A DNA stretch of 62,621 nt, filler included, from Nemertoderma westbladi (lineage: Eukaryota; Animalia; Xenacoelomorpha), in the NCBI GenBank assembly GCA_032718475.1. It is 3 parts of 3 records of this genome, joined end to end, with 100 filler letters (N's around TTAATTAATTAA, not from the genome) between each part and the next. Parts side by side here need not be neighbours in the genome. Positions count along the whole stretch, not along the records: positions 51,258 to 62,621 come from JAUCBJ010000194.1; 2 more parts are not named here. The stretch is one strand, 5' to 3'. Positions 61,717 to 62,621 of the stretch are shown here, piece by piece; the first letter of the stretch is position 1, and every line of letters begins with the position of its first letter. Below the pieces are notes generated by a model. It was not told the origin of the DNA, made no database searches, and saw nothing but the letters and a program-made list of their open reading frames with translations. The position numbers and the translations under genes are program-made.

Positions 61717-62621
61717 TTATTGGTGTTCCAAAATTGGTGGTGTAGTCCTCGTAACAACACGGGTTATTGACATACAGAATTTGGGAATAACAACACGGAA
61801 AGACCGTGAATCCGCGAGACAATGGAAGGTATACCACCCGTGCATGGAGCCGGAGGGGGTAGGGAATGAAGTGCAACTGGTGTACTCGTGTATCGAACCG
61901 GGACTCAATATGGGGCACTCTCCGATAACGCCTTCCCCGTCAACTACCTCCTCCAGCCCAGAACCGTCGGTTATTATCCAACATCGTCTGTCCAGCTGGC
62001 AGCTCTCCTCGGGAAGACACGAGGTCGACATCGACAAAGAGACGCGATACGCAAACTGGTAGTTCGGAGGTGAATGCGTTGATAATTCCGCTAAAAAACA
62101 GGTTGAAACTTTTACGGAAATACCGTTAGTAACTGCAAGTCTCTCAGGTTCTCTACTGAATAAAAATATTTGGTTTTTAAATAGAGGGTAGCAACCCTCG
62201 ACTACTTTATCTATGTAGCCTAGCAACCAGTCTGTGAAGGTTTCTGCTACTACGAATATGTATATGGAGTTGAATGGAGCGACACTAGGGTCGCTACTGC
62301 AGTAAAACACCTGGCCTGCTGTGTACTCGTTGGGGGGTTGACCTCCGGAGGCCAGAGATAGGTACTGAGACACCCCAGTGTGCACGCAGAATGTGAGTGG
62401 CCAACAGTGAGTCATTCCCGCGGTGTCCATGGTTACTAGACTGCTCTGGGCGGCGCGTCCTATATCCAGTAAGGCCTCACTCCGGTAATGGTTATAAACT
62501 CGCATGGAGCCCATAACCCCCGGGGCAGTTAGGATCTGCCCGTTTACGATTCGGTAGAAGCAACGCAGATCGTTCGGGAGGGTTTCTTGAGTCCGGTTCT
62601 CCGTCGCCTCTATTTCCTCCT
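61717..62621 (-). CDS. FBXO3: F-box only protein 3 (SMI1/KNR4-like and ApaG domains), 5' end outside the window
   Basis: The frame stays open to the window edge (EEIEATE...LPNDLRCFYRIVNGQILTAPGVMGSM). ApaG motifs TNGISVKVST, YQFAYRV, CQLDRRCWII, VDGEGVIGECPIL, YTSCTSF, GSMHG are present. Confidence 0.93.
   Translation of the reverse strand, partial: EEIEATENRTQETLPNDLRCFYRIVNGQILTAPGVMGSMRVYNHYRSEALLDIGRAAQSSLVTMDTAGMTHCWPLTFCVHTGVSQYLSLASGGQPPNEYTAGQVFYCSSDPSVAPFNSIYIFVVAETFTDWLLGYIDKVVEGCYPLFKNQIFLFSREPERLAVTNGISVKVSTCFLAELSTHSPPNYQFAYRVSLSMSTSCLPEESCQLDRRCWIITDGSGLEEVVDGEGVIGECPILSPGSIHEYTSCTSFPTPSGSMHGWYTFHCLADSRSFRVVIPKFCMSITRVVTRTTPPILEHQ

Overview
AT-rich, repeat-dense eukaryotic sequence, most likely an invertebrate animal, from a scaffold with two N-gaps that each carry an artificial TTAATTAATTAA linker. 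There are three apparently intact host genes, all on the minus strand and all without introns in the visible CDS: an Ig-like type I membrane protein, ZNF207/BuGZ, and the 3' part of FBXO3. Most other recognisable sequence is mobile DNA: (1) a young 5'-truncated APE-type LINE with intact ORF2 and a 13-bp TSD; (2) a decayed tyrosine-recombinase (DIRS/Ngaro-like) retrotransposon with the unusual ORF order RT/RNaseH, gag, YR; (3) a 7.3-kb Academ-like long-TIR element carrying nested MULE and piggyBac-type insertions plus a frameshifted gene fragment; (4) two diverged LTR-like repeats and decayed gag-like ORFs; (5) several hAT, Tc1/mariner and Harbinger MITEs, RTE and CR1-like 3' fragments, a tRNA-derived SINE, and a minimal hammerhead ribozyme. 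There are also at least seven tandem arrays with 17-73 bp units. All alignments were done by eye, so identities and boundaries without a TSD are approximate.
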